Shown here in pieces: positions 9,090 to 18,108 of a stretch of 64,000 nucleotides of DNA. This stretch comes from a virus: IMG/VR virus record IMGVR_UViG_3300028384_001275, positions 1 through 64,000 of that record. One strand, given 5' to 3'. Position 1 is the first letter of the stretch, and the number at the start of each line of letters is the position of its first letter. A program made the translations under genes and the position numbers. The notes beneath the pieces are model-generated. The model was not told the origin of the DNA, ran no database searches, and was given only the letters and a program-made list of their open reading frames with translations.

Positions 9090-9092
9090 ATA
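9087..9092 (+). promoter_or_regulatory. Late promoter core TAAATA
   Basis: TAAATA 22 nt upstream of the gp26 ATG. Confidence 0.6.
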
Positions 9093-9114
9093 ATTTCAAT
9101 AATAATGGAGCATT

Positions 9115-9819
9115 ATGCCTTTACCACAACTCGCCATTCCCGAGTATGAGCTGACCCTGCCTCTTTCTGGCACTAAAGTTTCATATCGTCCTTTCCTCGT
9201 GAAAGAAGAGAAACTTTTGTATCTGGCAATGGAATCTCAAGACCAGAAAGAGATGATCAAGGCGGTGAAAACTATCATTAAAAACTGCACCAACCTGAAG
9301 GCTAAGGTTGAAGATCTCGCTACCTTTGAGATTGAATACATCTTCCTTCGTATCAGATCTAAGGCAGTTGGTGAAGTTAGTGAGTTTAAGATCGCTGCAC
9401 CAGACGATGAGGAAGTTAAAATTCCAGTCACCGTCCCCCTGGAGCAGGTGGGTGTAGTCATCCCTGACGGACACGACAAGAAAATCCAGCTTGACGATGA
9501 AGTTGGCATTGTAATGAAATATCCTTCATTGAATGTCTTTGTTAATCAAAATATGTCTGATGGACCAGATCTGGATGATATTTTTGAATTGGCAGCATCT
9601 TGCATTGAGCAAGTTTATACAAAAGATGAAGTATATGATACTTTCTCTCATGCAGAAGCAATGGAATTCCTTGAGAATTTGAATTCTGATCAATTCCAAC
9701 AGGTGCAGAAATTCTTCGAGACTATGCCTAAACTCTCTTACACTCTTGAGGTGTTTAATCCAAAGTCGAAGAAGAAGAGTGAAGTTGTCCTTGAGGGTCT
9801 TGCATCTTTTTTCGAGTAG
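9115..9819 (+). CDS. gp26: Baseplate hub assembly protein gp26
   Basis: MPLP....P.YEL.LP, YRPFLVKEEK.L..A.ES, EYIFL.IRSK.VGE, MKYPS, FFETMPKL, EGLASFF. Confidence 0.9.
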   Translation: MPLPQLAIPEYELTLPLSGTKVSYRPFLVKEEKLLYLAMESQDQKEMIKAVKTIIKNCTNLKAKVEDLATFEIEYIFLRIRSKAVGEVSEFKIAAPDDEEVKIPVTVPLEQVGVVIPDGHDKKIQLDDEVGIVMKYPSLNVFVNQNMSDGPDLDDIFELAASCIEQVYTKDEVYDTFSHAEAMEFLENLNSDQFQQVQKFFETMPKLSYTLEVFNPKSKKKSEVVLEGLASFFE

Positions 9820-9824
9820 CCCTA

Positions 9825-10010
9825 ATGCATAACACCTTGGAAAATTACTACAAGGTGAATTTCGCGTTAGTGCAGCATCACAAGTATTCTCTTACTGAGT
9901 TAGAAAATATGATGCCGTGGGAGAGGGATGTATATGTGAATCTCCTTTTAGCACACATTGCTGAAGAGGAAAGACGGCAAAACCAAGAACAAAACCGCAT
10001 GTCTCTCTAA
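9825..10010 (+). CDS. gp51: Baseplate hub assembly catalyst gp51
   Basis: LENYYK.NFAL.QHHKYSLTELENMMPWER..Y; may also be reached by -1 frameshift from gp26 (see findings). Confidence 0.85.
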   Translation: MHNTLENYYKVNFALVQHHKYSLTELENMMPWERDVYVNLLLAHIAEEERRQNQEQNRMSL

Positions 10011-13000
10011 TGGCAGTTATTAGAAGTTTTATAAAAATTGCCCCAACATCTACCAAGTCGGAGATCGGACTTAACTTTAACCAGTTAAGGAAAGCGATCA
10101 ACCGACAGGGGATGGTGGTCAATGACATCGGCAAAAATCTTGTAGAATCTTCCACATTACTTGAGTTTCAGCAAGATTATCTCAAGAATCAATCTGTAGT
10201 TATTATTAGAGAAGAGGAAGAGAAGGTCGTAAAAGAAAAGACTTTCATGCAGAAGATGCGTGATAAGTTTCGTCGTAAAACAAAGAAAAAACAGCGAGAT
10301 GCTGCAGAAGATGCTGCTGAAGAAGGGCTGAAAGAGGCAGAGAAGAAAGATAATAATAAATTAGTAGAGGGAATTAAGAAACCAATCAAAGGTTTCTTGG
10401 CTACAGTTTTAAGCACGCTTGGCACAATAATTGAATACTTTGTCGTATTTGGTGCCTTAGATTGGATAAGTAAGAATCCCGAAAAGGTAGAAAAACTTAT
10501 TAGACTTGTATTTGCTATTGGTAAGTTTGCAGCCACAATAGTTGGATTTGGTGTCAACCTTATCCTAGATGGACTTACTAATACCTTTGGTAATTATGAG
10601 GAAGAAGGACCCCTTAGAAGAGGTCTTCGCGGTGTTTTAGGTGTAATTCAACTATTCAGTGGATTAGCAGCGTTACGAGGTGCTCAGTATCTCCTCATGC
10701 CTTGGAAAATCCTGCAGGATGGTAATCGTATTAAAGATGCTTTGCAGCAGCAAAATCTAACCAAGCAGGAGATGGAGAAGGCGAATCAAGCTCGCATTAA
10801 AGGATATAAGGATAAAAAGACTGGTGCTGTCTACTCAAAGGAAGAGTATGACAGGATGAGGAAAGCTGCCCAACGTAAAGATAAAAAGGGTGGTAAGGGA
10901 TCTAATGTAAAAGCATTTGAAGAGCGTTTCGGCAGGCAATATAAAACCAGACAAAAGGGTCCTGTTTCTAAGATGAAACAGCGGGGACGCATTGGTCTCA
11001 AAAAATTAGGAAAAGGATTCAAGAAGGTTGCCACACCTGGAAGAGTTGCTGGTGGTTTATCTGTCCTTGGTGGTGGACTTCGTATCGCTTCTGGAATTGC
11101 TGCTGGTGAAAGTGCAGGCACTGCGGTTGGTGCTGGTGTCGGTCAGGCAGTTGGTGGTATCGCTGGCGCTGCTGCTCTGACGGCAGTTGCACCATTCCTC
11201 GGACCCTTTGCACCTATGATCGGTAGTGCAATCGGTGGATTCTTAGGTGAGTTTATTGGTAAGCAGATTGGACCGATTATTGAGCCTATCTTTGGACCTA
11301 TTGGAAGATTCTTCCAAATGTCGTTTGATGTATTTAAGGATGTTTTCGCAGAGATTGCTGGTCCCTTCCAAGAATTATTTGAAGCAGCTTTCTCGTTAGC
11401 ATCAAAAGTTGGTAGTTTCTTCATGGACAGTGCTAAGGTCCTCTTGGACTTTGGTAAATTTGTCTTTGGTCCAATCTTCAATAAAATCGGTGCTGTCATT
11501 GGATTTATCATTGACAAGGCAAAAGTTTTGATGGATCCTCTAGGTGCTGCTGCTAAAGCAACTGGTGACTTATTTGGCGGTGCGGCAAAGGCAACTGGTA
11601 ATGCTTTAGCAGGCACTGTAGATTTTCTAACTTTTGGTATAACAGACTTAGATGGTAAGAGTCGCCCTGCTGGTGGTGGTAATGGAGCGTCTGGTGGATC
11701 ACCCACCATGAGTGGTAACTTTGATGAGAAGTTTGCAGCAGTCCTGGGTGACTATGAAGGTCTGAGACTAAAAGCATATCCTGATGCCAACTATGGGTGG
11801 GAGATTCCCACTATTGGTATTGGTGCAACATACTATCCTGCTGGTTTCCGTCTCTCGGGCAAGGTAAAGAAAGGTGACACGATCACCAAGGAAGAAGCAT
11901 ATTGGATCAAGTCAAAACATATTGAAGAGCACCGTAAGCGCCTTGTTAATGAGATAGGTGCTGAGCTTTATGGCAAGACAACTGAAAGGCAAAAGGTAGG
12001 ACTTGAGTCCGTAGTTTTCAACTATGGATCTCTGTCTGGTGCTGGCATTAAGGAAACAGTTAAGAATGCAATTCAGTCGGGTAACTTTGCTCCTGTAATC
12101 TCAGCGTATAGAAACAAACTTGCAAAGCACAATGGTGGTGTCAATAGCTGGCGTCGTAATGACGAAGCAGATATTATGGAGAAGGGGAGTGGCACAAGGG
12201 TCCCTGGTATTCAGTTTGCTTCTGCTGGTGGCAAGATCATCCAAGATGTGCCCTATATCAACCAGAGAGCAAACAAGGCAGACAAGTATGGTCGCCCTGG
12301 TGATACTCAGTGCTACTCAACTACGATGGCAATGTGGGCGTCCCAACTTACTGGCAAACCCATGACTGCTGAGGATTATAATCAGGTCCGTAGTAAGTAT
12401 GGCATCTCTACACAAGCATATCCTCAGAAGAAAGCACTTGCTGACTTTGGTATTAACTCATCCCTGCAGACTGGAATGGGTTGGAATGCACTCCGTGATG
12501 AGATTAAAGCAGGATATCCTGTGCCCGTTGGATTCAAATATAAGGGATCGGGTCACTGGGGTATGGTTGTTGGTATGAAGGATGATGGATTCGTAGTCCA
12601 TGATCCATTCGGACAACTTGGCATGGGTGGCACCTGGAAGAAGACTAACAGTGCTGGTAATAAGACAGATGGTCCTGGTAAGTATTACTTCATGGACAAG
12701 AATCTCTTCCAGAATCAGTTGCCTGACGGTGATGTCTACATGTGGAAAGCACCTAGATCTATCAAACCATCTAAGAAACTTGGTGATGTAACGACACAAG
12801 GTGAGGGATCATCCCCACAGCCTGGATCAACTGCTGGTCCTGGAAGCGAAGCTGGACTGAGAGATTCTGCTACTGGTGAATTATTCAAAACTGATACTAT
12901 TGAGGGCGCATTGGCAGCAATGACGCAACTTCTTACTACGGGTATCGGTAAATTATCTGAAGGTATGGCAAATGAAATACCTTCAGAATCACCACAACCA

Positions 13001-13228
13001 GCAACGACTCCTAAAGTTTCAGAAATGTCAGTGGTTGATACTAAACTGAAGCAAATGGAAAATATCCAGAAAACAGTGCAGAAGAAAGCAGAAAAAGATG
13101 CTGATCAAGAGATGCAGGCTGCTCCTCCCGTTATTATTAACAATAATGTTACTAAACAGGTCATAAATAAGAGTGGTGGGAAAGCAGTGCCCATCTACAG
13201 CACTCCATCACCAATGCTGACTAACTAA
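10010..13228 (+). CDS. Tape-measure-like virion protein with phage lysozyme (GH24-like) and C39-like peptidase domains
   Basis: Coiled/hydrophobic Gly-Ala helices; YEGLRLKAY.D...TIGIGAT...RR.DEA lysozyme motif; VPYINQ...QCYSTT.AM...GHW..VVG.....VHDP peptidase motif. Confidence 0.7.
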   Translation: MAVIRSFIKIAPTSTKSEIGLNFNQLRKAINRQGMVVNDIGKNLVESSTLLEFQQDYLKNQSVVIIREEEEKVVKEKTFMQKMRDKFRRKTKKKQRDAAEDAAEEGLKEAEKKDNNKLVEGIKKPIKGFLATVLSTLGTIIEYFVVFGALDWISKNPEKVEKLIRLVFAIGKFAATIVGFGVNLILDGLTNTFGNYEEEGPLRRGLRGVLGVIQLFSGLAALRGAQYLLMPWKILQDGNRIKDALQQQNLTKQEMEKANQARIKGYKDKKTGAVYSKEEYDRMRKAAQRKDKKGGKGSNVKAFEERFGRQYKTRQKGPVSKMKQRGRIGLKKLGKGFKKVATPGRVAGGLSVLGGGLRIASGIAAGESAGTAVGAGVGQAVGGIAGAAALTAVAPFLGPFAPMIGSAIGGFLGEFIGKQIGPIIEPIFGPIGRFFQMSFDVFKDVFAEIAGPFQELFEAAFSLASKVGSFFMDSAKVLLDFGKFVFGPIFNKIGAVIGFIIDKAKVLMDPLGAAAKATGDLFGGAAKATGNALAGTVDFLTFGITDLDGKSRPAGGGNGASGGSPTMSGNFDEKFAAVLGDYEGLRLKAYPDANYGWEIPTIGIGATYYPAGFRLSGKVKKGDTITKEEAYWIKSKHIEEHRKRLVNEIGAELYGKTTERQKVGLESVVFNYGSLSGAGIKETVKNAIQSGNFAPVISAYRNKLAKHNGGVNSWRRNDEADIMEKGSGTRVPGIQFASAGGKIIQDVPYINQRANKADKYGRPGDTQCYSTTMAMWASQLTGKPMTAEDYNQVRSKYGISTQAYPQKKALADFGINSSLQTGMGWNALRDEIKAGYPVPVGFKYKGSGHWGMVVGMKDDGFVVHDPFGQLGMGGTWKKTNSAGNKTDGPGKYYFMDKNLFQNQLPDGDVYMWKAPRSIKPSKKLGDVTTQGEGSSPQPGSTAGPGSEAGLRDSATGELFKTDTIEGALAAMTQLLTTGIGKLSEGMANEIPSESPQPATTPKVSEMSVVDTKLKQMENIQKTVQKKAEKDADQEMQAAPPVIINNNVTKQVINKSGGKAVPIYSTPSPMLTN

Positions 13229-15957
13229 TGGCAGAGAAAAAACCACAAGTCAGAATTAGCAGGGCAAAACTTTATAAGATGGTTTCTTATAAAGGGAAAG
13301 ATGGTGGAGTTAAAAATTACACCCCGTTAACTGCTGCAAGTCAATTACCAAAAATTGAAAATGATATTGGTGGTGGATTTAAGTCCCTTATATCAGGTGT
13401 CAACTCTTTAGGCGCAACACTGAATAGTATCAGTCTTGCCATGGAGAATATGACAAATATTCTCAAAACCAATGTCATGAATGACATTGAGCAGCAAGCA
13501 AAGATTGAAGCTGCAAAGAAGAAGACGGAGAGAGATCTAGAAAAACTTAGAAAATCTGAAGAGAAGGAGAAGGCAAGGAAAGAAAAGAAAGCACAACGTG
13601 ATGAGTCTGAGGATGACTCTGAGAAAGAGCAAGGAGCACTTGCAAAGATTACTGGTAAGTTTGCCGAGGGTGCCAGAAAAGCAGTCGGTGGATTATTTGG
13701 GACATTAGCAAAATTAGCAAAAACATTCTTAGGATATGCAATCGGATTTGCTGTCCTTGATTGGTTATCAAAAAATCCAGATAAGATTAAAAGACTTGCC
13801 GAAACCTTATATGCTATTGGTAAGTTTGTTTTCAAGGTTAGTAGTTTCTTAGTTGGATCTGCATTTGATGGGTTAATCAAATTCTTAGAAAATCCTGTAA
13901 GTTTACAAGGTCTATTTGGCGTAGTCCAATTCTTATTGTCTGCTGCACCCATATTCTTGGGTATTGCAGCACTTAAGAATCCAATGCTGGTCATCAAAGG
14001 TGTTTCCTGGCTGGTAAAAACACTTGCTGGTGGACTCTTAAATATTGGAAAACTTGGTGGTGCAGCAAAAGGATTCCGCACCTTTACCAAAGGTGGATTG
14101 GGTCTCGCTACTGGTGCGCTTGGCGCTGCTGGTTTAGCAGCTTTTGGAGCATCGATGGATGAGGGTGCTGATGCATATAGTGTTGGTGGTGCTGCCGCTG
14201 GTGCTGCTGGTGGTCAACTGTTGGGAGCTACGTTAGGAGCAGCAACTGGCATCCCAGGGATGGGAATGATCGGTGGTCTTGCAGGTGGTGCCGCTGGTGC
14301 TGCGATTGGCAAGTCAATCGGTCCTATGCTCAAACCGATTGTTGAACCAATCAAGAGATTCTTTAATAAAATTGGTGAGGTTGCTGCAGCAATTTTAGCA
14401 CCTATTAAAGATACGTTTGAGGACTTCTTTGTTGCACTTGGTGCTTTTATGAATGGTATGCTCGATGCTATCGAGCCACATCTGCCAATGATCAAGAAAA
14501 TCTTGAGTTTTGGTGTGAATCTAGCATTTTTGCCTCTATTGACAGGGATAAAAGCATTGACTGCTGTGATGAAATTCTTTGCTGGTGATGCTGAGAAAGC
14601 AGCTTCCGATCTCGAAGGCAAAGCAAAGGGAGGTTTTGTCCAACCTCAAGGTGCTGCTGGTGGTGGGTGGATCAGTGGACCTATGTCTGGATATCCTGTG
14701 TCTTTAGATGGTGGTAAGAGTGCTGCATTTATCGGGCATGGCACCGAATGGGTAGGCACAAAGGGATTCGCAAAAGGTGGAGCATTTGTTGTCCCATTTA
14801 ATACACCTGCAACAAAGCAGAATCCAAGACTAACCTCCATGAGAATGAAAGAGGCATCTCGTGGTGGATATGCCATGCCTTCCATCAAATATAACTTTGG
14901 TGGGAATAATACTACATCTTCTATCAAATATAACTTTGGCGGTGCTGTGATGAATACTACTATTCCTAAATTCGCAGAGGGTGGTAAATTCGATCCAAAG
15001 GAATACGCAAAGAATGCAAAAACTACCACAGGTCTAACACTGAATAATAAAACATACTATGTTGTCTATGATCCAAAAGAAGACGGCACAGTTACTGTTA
15101 AACACATGACCAAGAGATTGAAGGCAGGTCTATTTGGTATGGGTGAAGAAACAATTCCAGTTGAGCCTGGTAGTGATGAATTTAAGGCAGTTATTGATTC
15201 CAAAGGTCTAAAAGATTATATTGGTAAAGCACACCAGACTAAACGTGGGACTGGTAGATCGGCAAAGATAGTGCCCTATAAAATTAAAGAAGTGAAACTA
15301 GATCCTATGATTAAGGAGAAGTTTTATCATCATAAATCTTATCAACAAAATCTAAAGGCATGGGAAGAGAAAGGTGTTACGGGAAAACAAGCAGAAGCAC
15401 TTGCTGCTAGAGCTGCTGCTGAATACTCCTTAGAAAGTGCTGATGGTAAAGCATCAGTAACCAAAGGTATGGCAGATCCCAATGCTGCACCTGCCGATCT
15501 TGCAGACATTGATGTGCCAGTGCCAGCGGAGACCCAAGCGGAGACCCAAAAGGAGGCAGAGAAAAAGACAGGGGGTGATAAAAGTAGCGACAAAAGCAAC
15601 GATAAAAGTGGAAGCGGACCTGACGCCAACACTATCGATGGTGCCCTGGAGTTACTCAAGAAGGGGCTCACAAAATTTACTAGCACAGTTGTGGAAGCAA
15701 ACAATCCTAATGCCAAAGCAGGATCAAAGTTAGAAGAGGGTAAACAATCACAAACTGAGCGTAGATCTCAACAGCAAACTGCAACTATAGTAAATAATAC
15801 ACAACAGGCTGCGCCCGAAGTAAATGGTGGTGGTGGAGAAGATCAACCATTCATTATCCCCAACACCAGCATTACTGGTTTGGATTCTGATGATTATATG
15901 AAACCTAGATTTGGGTTGGTCGCTGAGTTTAACAACGATGTAGTGGATTTCATGTAA
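13228..15957 (+). CDS. Second tape-measure-like virion protein (paralogue of 10010..13228)
   Basis: Shared LDW.SKNP.K...L.....AIGKF and TI.GAL segments; GGWISGP.SGYPVSLDG motif. Confidence 0.65.
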   Translation: MAEKKPQVRISRAKLYKMVSYKGKDGGVKNYTPLTAASQLPKIENDIGGGFKSLISGVNSLGATLNSISLAMENMTNILKTNVMNDIEQQAKIEAAKKKTERDLEKLRKSEEKEKARKEKKAQRDESEDDSEKEQGALAKITGKFAEGARKAVGGLFGTLAKLAKTFLGYAIGFAVLDWLSKNPDKIKRLAETLYAIGKFVFKVSSFLVGSAFDGLIKFLENPVSLQGLFGVVQFLLSAAPIFLGIAALKNPMLVIKGVSWLVKTLAGGLLNIGKLGGAAKGFRTFTKGGLGLATGALGAAGLAAFGASMDEGADAYSVGGAAAGAAGGQLLGATLGAATGIPGMGMIGGLAGGAAGAAIGKSIGPMLKPIVEPIKRFFNKIGEVAAAILAPIKDTFEDFFVALGAFMNGMLDAIEPHLPMIKKILSFGVNLAFLPLLTGIKALTAVMKFFAGDAEKAASDLEGKAKGGFVQPQGAAGGGWISGPMSGYPVSLDGGKSAAFIGHGTEWVGTKGFAKGGAFVVPFNTPATKQNPRLTSMRMKEASRGGYAMPSIKYNFGGNNTTSSIKYNFGGAVMNTTIPKFAEGGKFDPKEYAKNAKTTTGLTLNNKTYYVVYDPKEDGTVTVKHMTKRLKAGLFGMGEETIPVEPGSDEFKAVIDSKGLKDYIGKAHQTKRGTGRSAKIVPYKIKEVKLDPMIKEKFYHHKSYQQNLKAWEEKGVTGKQAEALAARAAAEYSLESADGKASVTKGMADPNAAPADLADIDVPVPAETQAETQKEAEKKTGGDKSSDKSNDKSGSGPDANTIDGALELLKKGLTKFTSTVVEANNPNAKAGSKLEEGKQSQTERRSQQQTATIVNNTQQAAPEVNGGGGEDQPFIIPNTSITGLDSDDYMKPRFGLVAEFNNDVVDFM
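14884..14939 (+). repeat. 17-nt direct repeat ATCAAATATAACTTTGG (SIKYNFGG twice)
   Basis: Copies at 14884-14900 and 14923-14939. Confidence 0.8.
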
Positions 15958-15958
15958 G

Positions 15959-17338
15959 ATGGCAGAAAGAAAGTCTAGACTTTTTAAGATTAAAAAGTTT
16001 GAATTAACAACTATTACTGATGAAACCTTCGATATCCGTGATATTGTAGCAGATTTTGAGTATCATGAATCTATTGATGCAGCATTTATTCGTTGCGATT
16101 TCAATATTGTTGATGCTGTTGATTTTAATAAAACTCTTCAAGGTGGAGAGACAATCAATATCAATATTGAAACTGCAAGCTCTGATGAGAGACCATTGAA
16201 GGCTGAATTAAAAGTCTATAAGATTGGTAGTATTATCAAGTCTGAGAGGGGTCAATTATATCGCTTACATACAGTCTCGCCTGAGATGTATAATAACGAA
16301 ATTTATAAAGTATTCCAAGCGTTTGGTCCTGGAGAGGGTGCGAAAGATGAAGAAAATGTGCCAAAGTTTATCTGCAAAAAATATTTGAAGGCACCAAGAA
16401 AAAAACTTAAAGATGAAAACTTTGAGAATCATTCAAAGATCACATTCATATCACCAAGTTGGAGACCTGTGGAAGCAATCACTTACATGAGTGATAAAGT
16501 TACCAGGATAAACAAAAGTAAAGGTAGTGCAAAGCAATCTGGTTTTCTTTTTTATGAAAACCGTTATGGATTCCAATTCAAGTCTATTGATATGATGTGC
16601 GAGGGTGGTGGTGCGCCAGAGGCACCAATTTTTGAATATTCATATCAACAACAGGGATCTGATCCTGGAAATAATGGCATGTTTGTAATTGAAAGTGTGC
16701 AGTATCCAGATAAAGGTAATCATCTGCAGCACATGAGAATGGGCACTTATAAGAATATCTCCCAAGGTATTTCGTTACCATCACCCACAAATAATTTTGC
16801 AACTAACTCAGGAAAGTCTGGTAAGAATTCTCCTGCTGGTGTAATTCGTGGTCCAAGAGTTATAACGTATAAACAAATTTTTGAAAAGGCATCAACGATT
16901 CATAAGAAGCTTCCTTTTGAAGAACCTGTTGATATGCAAGGAGAAAATGTCCCACCCACCAGACAAAAGATTCGTGTATTGCCTGGTCTGAAGAATCAGA
17001 ATAATTCCCAAGAAGATGTCCCAGGGCAGGCAAATCAAGATGGCGGATCTACACCTGATATAGATACTATGGCAGCAGCAGAATACGCTGCTGGACGTTT
17101 CAGTCTTTTGAAAGCCATTCAATTAACTATTGTCGTGCCTGGTAATTCAGCACTTACAGCTGGACAACTTCTCGATGTAGTTATTCCCGCTTCCGAGCAA
17201 AAAGGAAAGAGGGTGATTGAAGATAAACGGTATAGCGGTAGATATCTAGTAGCAGGTGTAACTCATGTGTTTAAGCGTGAAGGATTAACATCCAAAGTAT
17301 ATCTTGTAAGGGATTCTCTCAAGCGATACAGTTATTAA
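15959..17338 (+). CDS. Baseplate hub-like protein (gp27/late-control D-like)
   Basis: Y.ESI, FLFYEN..GF.FKSID, VPGN..L.AG, SG.YLV..V.H; lies between the TMP-like genes and gp5. Confidence 0.55.
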   Translation: MAERKSRLFKIKKFELTTITDETFDIRDIVADFEYHESIDAAFIRCDFNIVDAVDFNKTLQGGETININIETASSDERPLKAELKVYKIGSIIKSERGQLYRLHTVSPEMYNNEIYKVFQAFGPGEGAKDEENVPKFICKKYLKAPRKKLKDENFENHSKITFISPSWRPVEAITYMSDKVTRINKSKGSAKQSGFLFYENRYGFQFKSIDMMCEGGGAPEAPIFEYSYQQQGSDPGNNGMFVIESVQYPDKGNHLQHMRMGTYKNISQGISLPSPTNNFATNSGKSGKNSPAGVIRGPRVITYKQIFEKASTIHKKLPFEEPVDMQGENVPPTRQKIRVLPGLKNQNNSQEDVPGQANQDGGSTPDIDTMAAAEYAAGRFSLLKAIQLTIVVPGNSALTAGQLLDVVIPASEQKGKRVIEDKRYSGRYLVAGVTHVFKREGLTSKVYLVRDSLKRYSY

Positions 17339-17345
17339 ATAAATA
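17336..17345 (+). promoter_or_regulatory. Late promoter (overlapping TAAATA x2) upstream of cp12
   Basis: TAAATAAATA, then GGAGG RBS. Confidence 0.55.
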
Positions 17346-17369
17346 ATATTATACCTCTAGGAGGGAAAT

Positions 17370-17582
17370 ATGGAAAGCATCGAGAAGCACATCGAGGAAG
17401 ATAAGAAAATCTTAGATAATCCTCAAACTTCGCCTCAGTCTCGTAGACATATTGAGAATCAACTGGATCAACTTGAGAGATTTCAGAAGACACATCCAGG
17501 AGATCACCACGACCCAACTGATTTGGAGTTGTATTGTGAAGATTGGCCAGAAGCAGATGAATGTCGTATCTATGAGGATTGA
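17370..17582 (+). CDS. cp12: Calvin-cycle inhibitor CP12 (phage type)
   Basis: C-terminal LELYC...PEADECRIYED CP12 signature. Confidence 0.92.
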   Translation: MESIEKHIEEDKKILDNPQTSPQSRRHIENQLDQLERFQKTHPGDHHDPTDLELYCEDWPEADECRIYED

Positions 17583-17607
17583 CAATTAATTGAATAATTA
17601 TTATAAT
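17579..17607 (+). promoter_or_regulatory. Consensus sigma70 promoter for cpeT
   Basis: TTGACA (17579-17584), 17 nt, TATAAT (17602-17607). Confidence 0.85.
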
Positions 17608-17626
17608 CAACCATGTAGGGGTTGCA

Positions 17627-18088
17627 ATGGAACTCTTTGAAGAACTACTGATTGGTGAATACACAAATAAGAAACAGGCTCAGAGTAATCCTTCTATGTG
17701 GCCTCAGATAAATGTAGAGATCATAAAAAAAGGATTACATACAGTAGAATTTAAGTCTTGGTATAAGTATCAAGGAAAGACAAATGCGTATAGACATTAT
17801 CGTTGGGTCTATACTGTATTGACAGATAATATTGTGACGGTGGAATCGGAGAATTTAATCGACGGTAAACCAACATGTCCTTATATTTTCAAGTATCATA
17901 ATGAAGACGGTTGGTGGCGGGGCACGACTAATGGAGTGTGTCAATTTGGGAATACAAGAGTAATCTCAAGGACAAGATTCAATGGAAAGGAATATAGATC
18001 GATTGATAGTGGTTATCACGCAGAGACTAAAGACTTATTGTGGGGTAAATCGCAGAGAGAAGGAGAGTTTATCTTTTTAGCTAAATAA
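17627..18088 (+). CDS. cpeT: CpeT/CpcT-type bilin lyase
   Basis: G.Y.N..QAQSNP..WP, KSWY.Y....AYR, D.G......WG...G.F.F. Confidence 0.8.
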   Translation: MELFEELLIGEYTNKKQAQSNPSMWPQINVEIIKKGLHTVEFKSWYKYQGKTNAYRHYRWVYTVLTDNIVTVESENLIDGKPTCPYIFKYHNEDGWWRGTTNGVCQFGNTRVISRTRFNGKEYRSIDSGYHAETKDLLWGKSQREGEFIFLAK

Positions 18089-18108
18089 TTTCACGAAAAA
18101 ACAACGCA

